NCBI GenBank assembly: GCA_000934665.2
Contig: KZ538886.1
Span: 1-42,521, forward strand
Reading direction: 5' to 3'
Source of the DNA: Catajapyx aquilonaris
Lineage: Eukaryota
Length of the DNA: 42,521 nt
A program made the position numbers and the translations under genes. Shown here one piece after another: positions 1 through 12,562 of this stretch (position 1 is its first letter; every line of letters starts with the position of its first letter). The notes below the pieces were generated by a model. It was not told the DNA's origin, did no database searches, and was given only the letters and a program-made list of their open reading frames with translations.

Positions 1-370
1 TCATGTTGACCGAATCGACAAAAGGAATATTAGAGAATCAAAAAATTATTATGTACGTTTAAAAAATTCAATGTGCTTGCAACCCTTAGAAGACAATACC
101 GTATGGCATAATTGATGTCAACATTTTTTTAAAAAATCATGCAAAATTTCTGCAAGTCAAGTTTCATTAACACCGACATATCGACATGACGATTCTTAAA
201 AATATTAATGATTTCGTTAGTTTCAGGTGCGCATGTCGGTATGCCAATTTGCAAAAAATGTCAATTGAAAAACCATGCATGAATCACTAGGACTAGACAA
301 TTCCATTTAAAAAATCCCACCCAATAAAATCATAGTATCGGGAATCAAATTAGCGTATCGAGGGACCCTG
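1..370. mobile_element. Probable terminal part of a Tc1/mariner-type non-autonomous DNA transposon (other end outside window)
   Basis: AT-rich block ends abruptly at ...GAGGGACCCTG|TA (370|371-372). The reverse complement TA|CAGGGTC resembles the TA|CAGGGT start of Tc1/mariner-family TIRs. The partner TIR is not visible. Confidence 0.35.
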
Positions 371-1455
371 TAAATATTGCTAACTCCAGGTTTCAGTCGG
401 ACCGTTTGACTCTCTCCCCACCACCTAATGGTGCAAGGTACGTGACCGAACTGCAAAATCGACAATGCCCTGAGGACGAGTGTACAGGCGCTTCCAACCT
501 ACCTCAATATTCGCACACAAAAAAAGCAGCGCCTGCCAGTCTCAGCTGCGCCAAATCTTTGCACAGATGCCTAGGACCTACGACCCAACTCTTTTGATGG
601 CATATGATGTGCACGATATATATATATACAGAGGATACCCAGCTTCAGATGCTCTGTTTACGATTCTTCTAGGTCTATAAAACAGAGAGTGTTTGGCTCC
701 CACCGCATCCCCATACCCCTGGAATCTTTTTTTTCCCCCTCCTCCAGAGCTTGTCATGGGGCAATAAAGAATGGTCGAAGCCTTGGTCACGTTTAATGGC
801 CGCTTCAACTTCCCCCCAATTTCTAGCTGGAGAGATAGTCCGGTATGGGGAAGGGGGTGGCAGAAATTGAGCGATGCGTGTTATCCAAATTGGGGGGTCG
901 TGTTCGAATTTACAGGGGGAAACGAGAGGAAATATCAATTCCTCATTAGCCTTTTTTTGAACCAGCCGAAATGGTTCTCGGGAGATATCGGATTTATCTA
1001 CACTATCTATATTACTAATACGCTACTGTGACCCTACGACGCCCTAGGCAATCATTTTCGTAAAAATTCCCAGGAGAAAATATAAAAGGCAGAGTTTGTA
1101 TGTTTGTTTGTCCATCCTGATTGCCAGCCTCGGCTATATTCCCCACACAGAACCTATCCATCTTTCCAATATATCACTTTCAAGATTCCGGTCAAGGACG
1201 AGCACATTAATTCTCCTCCTCCTCCTGTTATATGAACAGCCTTCATCAGTAATAAAGTACCTGCGAACGTCTCAATTCCAGCCTCCCTTAACAAACTGGC
1301 GCGTCAACACCTTCCAAGGTCGATAGTCGCCCAATTAAGCCGCGCAACAATGCCGCTTCCCAAATTTATTTTCCGATGATATTCCGGCGCGTTAACGAGA
1401 AATTCCGGCTGATTTGTTTGCAAGAATGAGGCTCTCCATCGAGGGAGGGGGGGTC

Positions 1456-1500
1456 TCTCTCTATATAGAGAGAAAGAGGGGGTGTGTATATACAACCCCC
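1456..1500. repeat. Two adjacent palindromes, both centred on TATATA
   Basis: TCTCTCTATATAGAGAGA (1456-1473) is a perfect 18-bp palindrome. GGGGGT-G-TGTATATACA-ACCCCC (1478-1500) is palindromic with one bulged G. Confidence 0.85.
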
Positions 1501-3045
1501 CAGCAGCAGCCAAAGCCAGCCAAGCCAGCGCAAATGGAGCGATAGTCACTTTTGCAGCAAGTCAACTCGATTACCCCAACAAGCTAATTTCTAATGTACA
1601 CCTTTCCCTCCCCGGAAGACGACTCGTCCAAATTAAGGAGCTTGTCGTAATCGATTAAAGTAGTTGGTTTTCCTCCTTTCACAGGACTCTGCCGGGCCCA
1701 TGACAAGCAGTTCAACAGAGGAATTAGAGAAACATCCCAAGCAATTTGCCGCCAACTGGAGCGGAATTGTCTTGTCCGGAACCCAAATCGGAAAACACGA
1801 TGCAAAACTGAGCCCCTTTTATACCTTGGCCATATCGTTCATATGTTTTAAAAAAAATATTTATATTTTTTGTCTGGCACCTGTGCTTTTCCTCCGGAGG
1901 CGTGGCAACCACCTTGCGCACCACTCATGAGCCTTCAAACACAGGTACCAGACGAAGATGGTGGCGCCCACTGTGCATCATGTGATCGAGATAGACTTAC
2001 TGAAACAGAGACTATAACTGACGGTGGCTGATTGGCAGGTGTCCCCTTAGCAACCCGCCTTGCTTGGCTTTTCCCCAGCACATTATTTCAGCAGGCAGGC
2101 AAAGGCCCCATATAGTCCCCCAACCCCCCACGTCAGCTGTGAGTGGCTGCCTTTCCCATAGCAACCGCCGAGTCTGGGGGGCCGAGGCCGGTGAGACGCC
2201 AAACTCACATAATTCCACCTAATTTTGCAATACCGTGCAATGACCTCAAGCCCCCCATCTTACGCATGTACCGGAAGGAGCACCCATAAGGACCGTGCGA
2301 CATAATAATCTTCTCCCACTATAAATACGAACTGTGGATACCCTGAACAGCATCCATGACACCGGTTCCATTTGAAACCTACCATGGCAACATCCACCCT
2401 CCTCCCCACCATCCAATACAGACGCTTGCTTTTCTTTGTGGCAACCAAGCAGAGAAAAGAAACGTCAGGCTTTTCCACCCCCTCTTCTCGAGTGTGGGAC
2501 TGTTCCTACGAGATCCATCCGCGTTACTCTGGTAACAGCAGGCTCCCGGAAGAAGACGAAGAAGAAGCCTGCTCTTCAGAACGCCCAAGCTATTTTCCAA
2601 CCCCCCTCCAAAATCGAACCATGTCACATCCTCTCCCTCCGAAAACCCAGCCAGTAAACAGGAAATTGCAATAAGAATCATGGCTTCCAACTTTGATTAA
2701 TTTAGTGCCATGCGCAAGACTGGTTGACTCAGAACTTCAGGTCGTCACTCATATAATCGGTTCTGTCTGTTTCATATTGTTTGTCCGAGATGCCACTACC
2801 AGTCGGCACGACCCTGAGAGTGGCAGTAGTGTGCAGACGCGCCATCTATGCCAGGGGTGTGGTACTACATAGACAGTTCTGCTGTGATGACTCACCCTGT
2901 ATCAAGTCTATACCTCTTTTGGTCTCTGGTCTGGAGCAATACATCCTAAGAGCAGGAAATGGACTACCCTTCCTGTCTTGTTGAGCAAACTCATGTACGA
3001 CATTCCCCCCACTCTTGCTCTTCAATATTTGGCATTATGTGTGTT

Positions 3046-3077
3046 GGGGGGGGGAGGGGGGGGGANNNGGGGGGGGG
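3046..3077 (+). repeat. Poly-G tract interrupted by A and NNN
   Basis: GGGGGGGGGAGGGGGGGGGANNNGGGGGGGGG read directly. Confidence 0.9.
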
Positions 3078-4975
3078 AATGGAAACCTGAGCCTGAAGCA
3101 GCGTGATGGATGACTCAGATCGATACTGTACTTCATGGAGGCCATAATGAGGTGTATGAAGATCGATAGGCTTTTGGTAGTACAGAGATACAGAGCAAGG
3201 GAGGGTTTGAACCCCCCTCCACCTCCAACTCTTTGACTTGTTCTTGCAATCAGATGTGATTGGTTCCGTTTTCCCCGCATGCAAATATCAGTTTCAAACG
3301 TACTTTTTTTCTGTCTCTCTCTCTGGAAATAACAGGGGTGTGCAGAGGGGTGGGGATAAGGGAGAGGGCATTGGAAAATCAAACAAGACCAGCAAGCAAA
3401 CACCACGTTGTATTGATCTCCGAAGTAAAAGTATACCCCGATCGTACAGTAGGGGGTGAGGGCGAGAGAGAGCAACAGCTAGAAACGGTCATGGTCTGAC
3501 CACCAGTCCTCTGTTCCGGAGCATTCCCTCACAGTTGCCAGACGAACATTTTTGGTCCCCTTCGTAAAAGAAAACTAAGCCATTCATGCTGCGTGTTACG
3601 GTTGAATTGACCCATATTACAGGGAACGCAGAGGAAAAGAATGGAACCGAGGTGCCCAGGTCTGCTACCTTACTCATTTCAACCAAAAAAAATTTCCCCT
3701 CCCTTTCGGTAATATGAACCCCCTCTCCATGTAATGATTGGAAAAGTAATACCCCCTCCCCCCCTACAAAATAACACGATCGGTTGAATAGTTAGACGTG
3801 GGATGGAAGCGGGTGGTAACACAACGCCATCCGCAGCGTATCGTATCGGGGCCAGCGGATTAGCCAGTCAAGTCATGCATGGAGCTAATCACCGGGCTCA
3901 GCACCAGACCTTATGATGCGGGAGAGGAGGTGGGTATATACTATTTCCAGTCTCGCTATAGAATTTCCGTGACGTCAACATATCACGTCGTGAATGGAGA
4001 TTTGCAACAGGCAGGGTCATGGTGCAGGGTCACGTCTAAGTGGCAGTCATCCCCACCGTCGTGAACTATTTTTTTGCAATTTTGGAAGGCTTTCCAAGGA
4101 GGGTCGGAAAAGGTCATACGGGAGCGTTTGGCCTGTATGTCTACCTGAAGTTTCCTTCAATCGTGCTGTCACGCCGCAGTAGTCATAGATGTGAAATACT
4201 TCGACATAATTACAGCAAACATCGCATATCCATGAAAATCGATATTTCGATGTGAGCGATGTTGCCTTGAGGATTGGCGTAACCATCGAACATCCTTTTC
4301 GCATTTTAATATTCATCAATCCCGGAGCAGTCACTACGACAAATAGTTTTTTTTTGCGAAATCCCATTAATTTTCTCATTGCGCATTTTGCGAATGGCTT
4401 CCCCCCTTGCTTGCTCCTCCAAAATTCACGACCAACTCCCTGCCATTTCCATAAGTCATAATAACACGTCATGCAGGCATAATATTTTTAAATGTTACAC
4501 GCACTTACGCCATAACTCACCAGTTAGCTCCCCCCTTCCCAAGGTACTTAAAAATGTCCGAGGGCGTGATGAGGACTTGCCATATATTCCAACACATGTC
4601 AGATTTTAGGCGGAGACCTTACCCCCTTTTTTCCTCTGGTTCCAAGGTTCCTGTTACGAATCCACTATACTTAACTCCCCCCCTCCCCCCTCAAAAACAT
4701 TACACGTTTTATGACTCCCAACAATTCCCTGGCACTTGCGCCTGAATTGCTGAGTAAACGGTGATGAACAAGACCATTAATCACGACGGGGGAGGGCGAC
4801 GCTCTATTGTTTGATTCCGTGCCATGTCGCACTTGCACCAAACCAAAGACGGCCAAATTGGTACCTGCGAAAGACCGGTGTGAGCTCTAAGTGAAAACGA
4901 CAATCTCTTTGATGCGATCCGAAAAAATAAGCACAACGCCTTCCCGTGTAAAAATTGGCCACACCCGGATGACTA

Positions 4976-5508
4976 CAAGGTGGGTCAGACACGAAAGAGA
5001 AGCTGTCTGTTTGGCCCTTTTCTGATATTCCGTATTCAGGCAGTGCAAAAATCAGGAAATTCGCAATTTATCATAAAATCGCCTCATCAGATGTCAACAA
5101 CTTCTGATTTTTATTTGATTTTTTAGAATTGTTCACTGAAAGCGACAATAAATTATTTTGCAACACTGGTTACACATACTCAAATAGGATATTGCAATGG
5201 AGAACCTTGATTTTGGACGTACAGTACATGTTTCTATTTCAGTTTTATTAAGCAACTCTTATTATCAGCCATATTTTATTCACATTGCTAGCGTCTCCTG
5301 AGACTTTCAAATTCAAATTCATGCAACACTGAGCTTCACTTTTTCAACGCACATTTTCATTAAAAATTTCAAGAATTTATCAATTTATTAATATTTGAAA
5401 TATTTTCTTTGATACTTAATATTACAATATTATTTAAAATTTAATTACAATAATTCAACTGTCGATTCAACAGAATTACGAGAGCCTGACGGGTCGTGGA
5501 CCACCCTG
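4976..5508. mobile_element. Degenerate Tc1/mariner-like MITE (~530 bp)
   Basis: Left end TA|CAAGGTGGGTCAGACAC. Right end GGGTCGTGGACCACCCTG|TG, reverse complement CAGGGTGGTCCACGACCC. The terminal 8 nt match at 7 positions, with weaker similarity beyond. The interior is strongly AT-rich and has no ORF in the track. The right flank is TG rather than TA. Confidence 0.45.
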
Positions 5509-5768
5509 TGTTTTTCCTCCCAAATTGATTCTAGTCATGCGAAATTTTCCCCGCTCCCCCACCCCCAACTCTCCCAGACAATAACATTAATGTGTCATTA
5601 CTTTAATCATCAGCTGAAAGTACGGTACGGGATAATTGGTCAGGTAAGCAGCACGCGGGAGCTCTCGTTAGGCAGTTACCTTTTTTTAATGTGGTTTGGT
5701 CTGCCTATAGGTGCGGTTTTGTAGGCTTTTTTGCAATGTATAAAGGGGCTAGTGTCGCGGGCAACGCT

Positions 5769-5785
5769 CACACACACACACACAC
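5769..5785. repeat. (CA)8 microsatellite
   Basis: CACACACACACACACAC read directly. Confidence 0.9.
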
Positions 5786-6517
5786 CTAAAAAAAAAGTTG
5801 CAAGAGAACCCTGGTTTCAGCAACAGAGCCGCCAAAAAATTTATTTCATTGCTCCACAAACTCCGGGCATTATTACACGCCCAGTTTATATGTGTCTCCT
5901 ACGTTCAAAACATGGGGATGCTCTGCTGGGAGTCCACTCGCACCAGTCATACAATTTTTTTTATGTTTTTCTCTCCTTTTTTTGAACTCCTTTTTTTGTA
6001 TTGCAATCGGATGTTTCACGCACGTTGCGCAGGGATGGACACGATGCAACAGCGACACTTTTTTTTGGTGCATGTTAAAAAGCTTTTTTCCCTTTTTCAT
6101 GTAGAATTGCGCTCTTGTAATTTGAACTGCAGGCAGACAGAGAGGGCCTGGTTGGATGGTGAAACTTGACCCCTTTGCAAGCCGGTAATTGGACTGTCGC
6201 TGCCTCTATTTTTTGGGGGGGAGGGCCGTACTTATTATGTTTTTGGAATCCTGTTTTGAAGGGGAGGCGAGTAATCGAGTAACAAAGCAACATGGTAGTT
6301 ACACACTCGTAAGATCAAGTGTGGCACGGCGAGTGTGATTTTTTCCCCCTCCCAATTATGAATGGTGGAATTTTCCACATTTTATGCACATTAAAAGGTC
6401 TCTACAGTATAAAGGGAGCTGCAGCTCAACCTAATATTAGCAACGAAATATGGCATAAAACTAACTATGCTTAAAATGTGGGCTGATGCAACCGGGTGCG
6501 AAAAATAATCGAAACAA

Positions 6518-6537
6518 TTATTTATTTATTTATTTAT
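6518..6537. repeat. (TTAT)5 microsatellite
   Basis: TTATTTATTTATTTATTTAT read directly. Confidence 0.9.
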
Positions 6538-8104
6538 CTGCCCATTTCTAGGACCGTAGGCCATCTTCGCGGTACACCCATTTCATACACCAGTAAGCAC
6601 GCAAAATGAAATATTTTGATGCAATTCAATAGGATACACTAGTGTGCACACAAGTCATAATAGTGGAGAGCGTTATTATTATTGTTGTAAATATGCGTAC
6701 GATACAGTGCCAGTAATTAATTTTAATAACAAACCTGATGGATCACTGTTTTTCTGTTTATATATAAATAAGCGCCCATGCTGTTTTAGGCTCATTATGA
6801 TGATTGACATATAATAATTGCAACATTTTGCGCGGAAAATCTGACCTTTTCCCTACAAAAACATGCGGTGTGTTGCTTTTACGAGACTCCTAGGCCACAG
6901 GGCCGAAGGCCCTCAATTATTACAGCAGAGGTAACATCACCTAGCTGCCGGCAATTGAACTAAATATTCTAGAAAATCCACGTTCCTGCTGCCTCTCTCT
7001 ATAGTTGCACAGAACAATACAGCATATCCTGGACTCGTACAGTATCCAAAAAAATATTTGCTCCACTGTCTGCATGCTAAATTTTCGAGCAGCACTTATC
7101 ATGCCCGACCCCGACATTTAAACCTGGCAAAATAATATGCAAATCGAACTTGGCAGAAATGGAGCCACCCAGATGATTAGCATAGACTCAAATATGACGT
7201 GGCCCAAATAGGCGCGTCGGAATCGTAATCATCCCATACCCTCCCTCAGTGTCAGATGACAAACACTCCGTTTCCTCATTTCAATCTCCGATCTGACGCC
7301 ATTGCCTTCCTCTTGTGTCAAGTCACACAAGGACTTGGGTGGGGGAGTATACGGAGTGGGGAAATACCCGGCATCTTCAGAGCGCAATGTAATTAGGGGA
7401 GGGGAACATTACAGTTCCACCGCATGGAAAACTACAAGAGTCCTTACTGCTCCTAATTCAATTTCAGAACAATCTTGTGAGGAGAACAAGAAAGGCCTGT
7501 TCGACACCCGGAAGACTTCCCTCCTCCACCACTCCAGAAACCTTTTAACCTCCATAACTGCCAATGGGATTGTCTTCATGGGGGCAACATGAGCAAATAC
7601 GTCGTTCAGAAATCTCATAATCGACCCCGTTCCACCCGCTTGGGGTCTAATAATCCGGAATATAGCGACGGAGGAGGGAGATTACTCCTTATTGCCGCCC
7701 TGACATACTACGGACGAAGCGAATATGCTAATGTAAACCACCCCTCCTTACCCCTACACCTCTCTCTCTCTCCACCCCCAAAATTGTTCGGTTTACTCCA
7801 ATTCTGGAGTTTCCACAAATCACGTTATTCTCCCGACGCACAGAGAAATGCGGGAGAAGAGCGATGATTTGCATTTTGCAACCATAGGGTTTTCATAACT
7901 GATAATTAATGTTGCTGGCAGCCTCCTTTCGAAACATATCGTATAAGGAAGGAACTGCGCAAGTCTGGACCCCCTCGGATAAGAGGATTAGACGAGTGCA
8001 ATTGTGCAAAGCTAGCAATTGGATGCAAGAAAGCGAAATATTGCCTGCTGCTCGGCAGTATTGTATTGCAAAATGAATTTTTCTGACACAATGGCTCAAG
8101 TCTA

Positions 8105-8392
8105 CACTATAAACATTTTCGAGTGTTTTTCCACTCACTTTGAGTCACTCTTTCGCCTACTTTATCTGAATGGAAATCACTTGAGAGTTGAGTGAAACAT
8201 TTTCACTCAGAATGAGCAATAATTTCACTCAAATTGGCCGATTTCACTCACTATCAGTGAGAGCGTAATCTCCCCCCTCATTTTCACTCTACTTTCGGCA
8301 AATTTTCACTATATTCGTGTTATAGTAAATCCAAAATAGAGCATGTTTTGCTCACTTTTGAGTGATATTTTCACTTGAAATTTTTTAGAGCG
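8105..8392. mobile_element. Non-autonomous DNA transposon/MITE, CACTA (CMC-EnSpm)-like, 288 bp
   Basis: TIRs CACTATAAACATTTTCGAGTG (8105-8125) and revcomp of 8372-8392 CGCTCTAAAAAATTTCAAGTG match at 16/21. TA lies on both flanks (8103-8104, 8393-8394). TTTCACT(C) repeats internally at 8201, 8223, 8242, 8282, 8304 and 8369, with an inverted GAGTGAAA at 8190. Confidence 0.75.
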
Positions 8393-11158
8393 TATACGGA
8401 TCAGTCAAATAGGACAAGTATGTTGGATCACCCGGTATGTATAACAAACACACAAATGACTCCAGGCAACTTGTAACTTCTCCATGACTTGTTGCAACAG
8501 GAACATTCAGTGCTGCTATTTATTTCTGCAAACAAACTTACAGTCGCTTAATGCATTATACAGTGATGCACCATCCCAGTTCCTTACAGTGCAGTAAATG
8601 CTCAAGAGTGTTTCAGAAAGGCCAACACCGGCTTTATTTGAATGGGCGCTATGTGCAAACATGTTAGAGAGGGACAGTATACCTTGCGCCTTCAATAACA
8701 TCCAGACTGCGGTGCTTTTCTGCAACATTTGACGGCGGGGCCCAGCAGTTGGCCTGTGTAACCCGTACCTGTACTCGGCACAGGCCTCTCAGTTTACACT
8801 GCAGCTCTAATGTTATCTAACAAAGCTCATTACATGCCAAACTTTCCACACGGCAGCTCTCTCACTCACTCTGTGCTGCCCTCTCTACTTTTCGCAGTGG
8901 CCTCTCTCATTGCAAGAGACACTGATCCTGTGCAAGTTCATGCCCATTACTCTGACCGCCTGACGTCAATGCAGGTCTATATCCGGCAAGGTAGTTCTAT
9001 TTTCTACGATCAAACAGTCTGGTGTATTTTTACAAGCCGTGTCCTCTGTCCTCGACAGCAGGTATATAGATAGAAAAGGACTCTCCTGAAATACCAGTAA
9101 TGACGTGTAAGTGCATCTCGATCAATAACATGTGTGTCTAAGTGTCTGCTGATAGAAAACATGTACTGGTACACTCTTAACCATTTACCCTCTCTAGAGA
9201 AGGTAAATGGTTATGAGTGTATGAGAGAAACCCCCTTTCGATATCACCTTTGCCATGCCCTCCATCATCATCTCCCCGACAAAGTGCCAAAGACCTTTAA
9301 TAAGGTGTCCCCCCCTTTTCTTTTAACCCAACCAGACCGTCGTCGACACCCCCACCTCCTGGTATTTTTATTCGACCACTGCAACACATCCGTTGGGCAG
9401 CACATGTCCGGGCTGCCACTCCGAAGCCCTTAGAATCGATGGACCCTCCAACCTTAAATATCCTCCGCACACTCTTGTCGTGCTGTACCTCACAGGATGG
9501 AGGACCACTGTCGAACCCCCCTCTCTTTTTTTCCCGTTCTCTCCCCCTCTACTTCCAACCCCTCTTCCCTTCCACAACCGAGCAGGACTCAGAACGGAAG
9601 TGAAGCCATGGAAACGGCAAAAACATGTGTACCTGGCAGTGTCGACACAAAAATAAGGCGTTTTTCAAGGAAAAATCAATCGATAGTCACCAAGCACTGC
9701 TAGCAGCTCAGCAATGGAAGGGGTGGGGGTGGGGGGTCCGTGCTGCCCATTCAATCAGGCGATATTGCCACCCTTCGGTTTATTATTTTGCTCGGTTCGA
9801 CAAATATCCTGCAGGGAGGGGCAGAGGGTAAAATTGGCAGGTTCTAATTACGTTTTCCAGGGCTCCCAACTGCACTGGACAAGAAACTATATATGTGCAA
9901 GTATGATTTCAGCTAACTGATCAATTTAAAAACATAAAGTACAGACAAGTATGTAAGGGACATACAGGTGATATCCACCAAGTTTAAAACCAATCAATTT
10001 CGAAATCAGCACAAAAATTGGACACTTGCTCACTGTACGTGAATTCAGAAAATCCTGGCTTTCTGGCTCATGAAACTTTGGAACAGAATTTCCAGACACA
10101 AGTCCAATCAGGCAGTATTTTTTTCGAAAACAACATGAATTGAGTTGCTTCATAAATAGCCAACATGCAATTTGGACTGCGAATGTTAGGTTCTTTAATA
10201 ACTCAGAAACTGGGTTAATGAAAATAAATTTAATAAGCACCTTACATATATTTGGAGCGTTCCTCATGCGTGGTACATGTTGACATTATTGATTTTCGAT
10301 GAGGTAATTGCCGGAAAATACGCACAATGTATGTATAGTATAAACCGCTGGACTAGTACAATATTTTGTTGTTCTGCTGCAAACAACCAATGTGCTTTAT
10401 GCCATTTGATTCCAACGCAACCCCGTTTTTGGATTCACCCAACGAAGTGCTCTATAGCATTTGCATATAACACTATATTTCCATGTACACAGCAAACTAT
10501 GACCGCAATAATATTTACTGTACCACCGTATTGACTTCCCAACAGGGGAAGACTGACGCAATTCAAATTTATCATTTGGGAAAATGAAGACATGGCGGTG
10601 CGGCGCTCTCGAAAATAGTTTTTGAGCTCAAATTTCTTCTGAAATTTCAAACTCACTTTTAGAAGCAGGCTCATATGCCTAAACAATACTAAGAAGTAAT
10701 AAGAACAAATATTACAATTAAATTAAAATGTCTGGTTTACTTAGTTCGAGCTCGTACAATTTCGGGTCCAGAGCAACTAAAATGAATTCCTGAAAATAAC
10801 TGATGTTACTTATAAAAGCAAAAGTCTCCAATTTTGTGCGGCAGCTTGAGTGAAAAACCACTAGAAACATTTCATCGTGCACAACTAAAAAGCACACAAG
10901 AGCACTAAAACCAACTTTACAAAAAAAAAGAAGAGTAGAAGCTTGCAATTTTTTTTTTAGTTCCTCCCATCCAACTTCTAACCAAAAAACCCCCTTCGGC
11001 TTGCTTCCAAAAAAAAGACCCCCTCTCTCGTAATCTGTCCACGCGAAGCCCCCCAGATTCCAGCGCAATCCTTATTTAATTTTTCCCCTCTCTTTCGTAA
11101 TCACTGGCCCGAGCTAACAGAAAATTCCTAATTTCATTTGCGAAACGCAAGGAACCGA

Positions 11159-11192
11159 CCCCCCCCCCCCCAAAAAAAAAAAAAAAAAACCC
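11159..11192. repeat. Compound poly-C/poly-A homopolymer
   Basis: C13 followed by A18 and CCC. A similar Cn-An-CCC pattern occurs at 22693-22718, and Cn-An at 13768-13783. Confidence 0.85.
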
Positions 11193-12416
11193 GTGACATA
11201 CACACACACATAAAATCCTTCCAGCTACATAATATGTGTGTGCTACCATTATTATTTTTTTTCCAATCCGCTCTGAGGCATTTTCCTCCCCCTGTTGTTA
11301 TGGTGACACCCGAGCCCCAGATAGTATGGCCATATGTATAGTTGACAGAGAGAGATACTGGCGGGTAACACACAACACGCACTTGCATTTTGGACCGTGT
11401 GTCCGTGTGTGTTTGCGGATGTCCCTGCAGAATACACTCGGGCTTCCAGGCCACAAAGGACCTGTTACACAAACCAGTTCATAATTTCAGCTTATGAAAT
11501 GGAATTAGTCGCACACTTTTTTTGGTGGGGGGGAAAGAGGAGAATGACAGCTGCTGAAACAGTGGGAAATAATATCAAAAAAAAAATGGTAACAGCTTTT
11601 CCAAATTTTCGTCGCATAGTGTAAAGTGGTGAACTAAAATATTTTTAGCATATTGGGACAAACATTAACTATTTTCGACTATAATATGAGACTTATTTGC
11701 ACCAACTCGACACCCGATACATACCCATTAGCGGATGTTTGCCAGTGAATAAACCCCAATATTTTTGCTGCTTGGCAACAAGAAGCGGAGGGTGTACCCA
11801 TCACCCTCCTCCCCCACATAGTCCGTCCTCCTTTCTTAGATATTGATTCATTAAAAGCCCAATCAATCTCCCAAGAACGTCAACAGACTGCAGTTGATGG
11901 TGCGTCCGCCTCCCAGGTTGCCAGGCAGCAGCAAATATTGGATATACATTAGTATTATGCTTTGCAACCGGAGAAAAGAAGGGCATTACGTCACAATGAA
12001 ATGGCAGCAACACTGTGAGTAGATGGTATTTTTTTTTGCGGCGTTCTCCTGATAATAATAGCGTTGCCCTGCGGAATTCACCGGCAAGGTTTCTCCTATG
12101 GGTTTCCATGGATACTTGTGGTGGATATATTACGGTTCGCGTCTGTGGGAAAAAAGGATGAAAGATCCGCCCAGTCACATCAAGCATCACTGTAAGGCTG
12201 TAGCGAAGTCATATCTATACGCTCATGTTGCGGCAATATAGGTAATGTATAGAGAGAGAGCCTAAGAGCTCACAGGCACACAAAAAGTCCAATGATATTA
12301 ATAGCTAAATTTCATTTCAATTATTACATATCGACTGTAATTTGCGACGGAAAAAACACAGGATATGATGCAAAAATAAAAACCAGATATAACAATTAGC
12401 ATATTAAAGAAACTTA

Positions 12417-12562
12417 AATGGAAAATGTAATGAATATGAATGAATTATGACTGAATGCGTTTAATGCATACACGAAAGTATATGAATACGAAATGAATGA
12501 ATATATGAATCTGAACACCTAATGTATGTACGACAGTATGAATATGTAATAGAAATTATGTA
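12417..12562. repeat. Degenerate (ATGA/ATGAAT)n low-complexity tract
   Basis: Recurrent ATGAAT, TGAAT and ATGTAA units, e.g. ATGAATATGAATGAATTATGA and AAATGAATGAATATATGAAT. Confidence 0.7.

Noticed and set aside
2719..2901. Possible Tc1/mariner MITE ending in TCACCCTG|TA at 2899
   Set aside because: The putative left TIR (ACTGGTTGACTCA) matches only 10/13 and lacks a TA flank.
9925..10870. AT-rich stretch with MITE-like words (CATGAAACTTTGG, AATAACTCAGAAAC, GAGCTCAAATTT)
   Set aside because: Probably TE-derived, but I could not define TIRs or TSDs, so no supported boundaries can be given.
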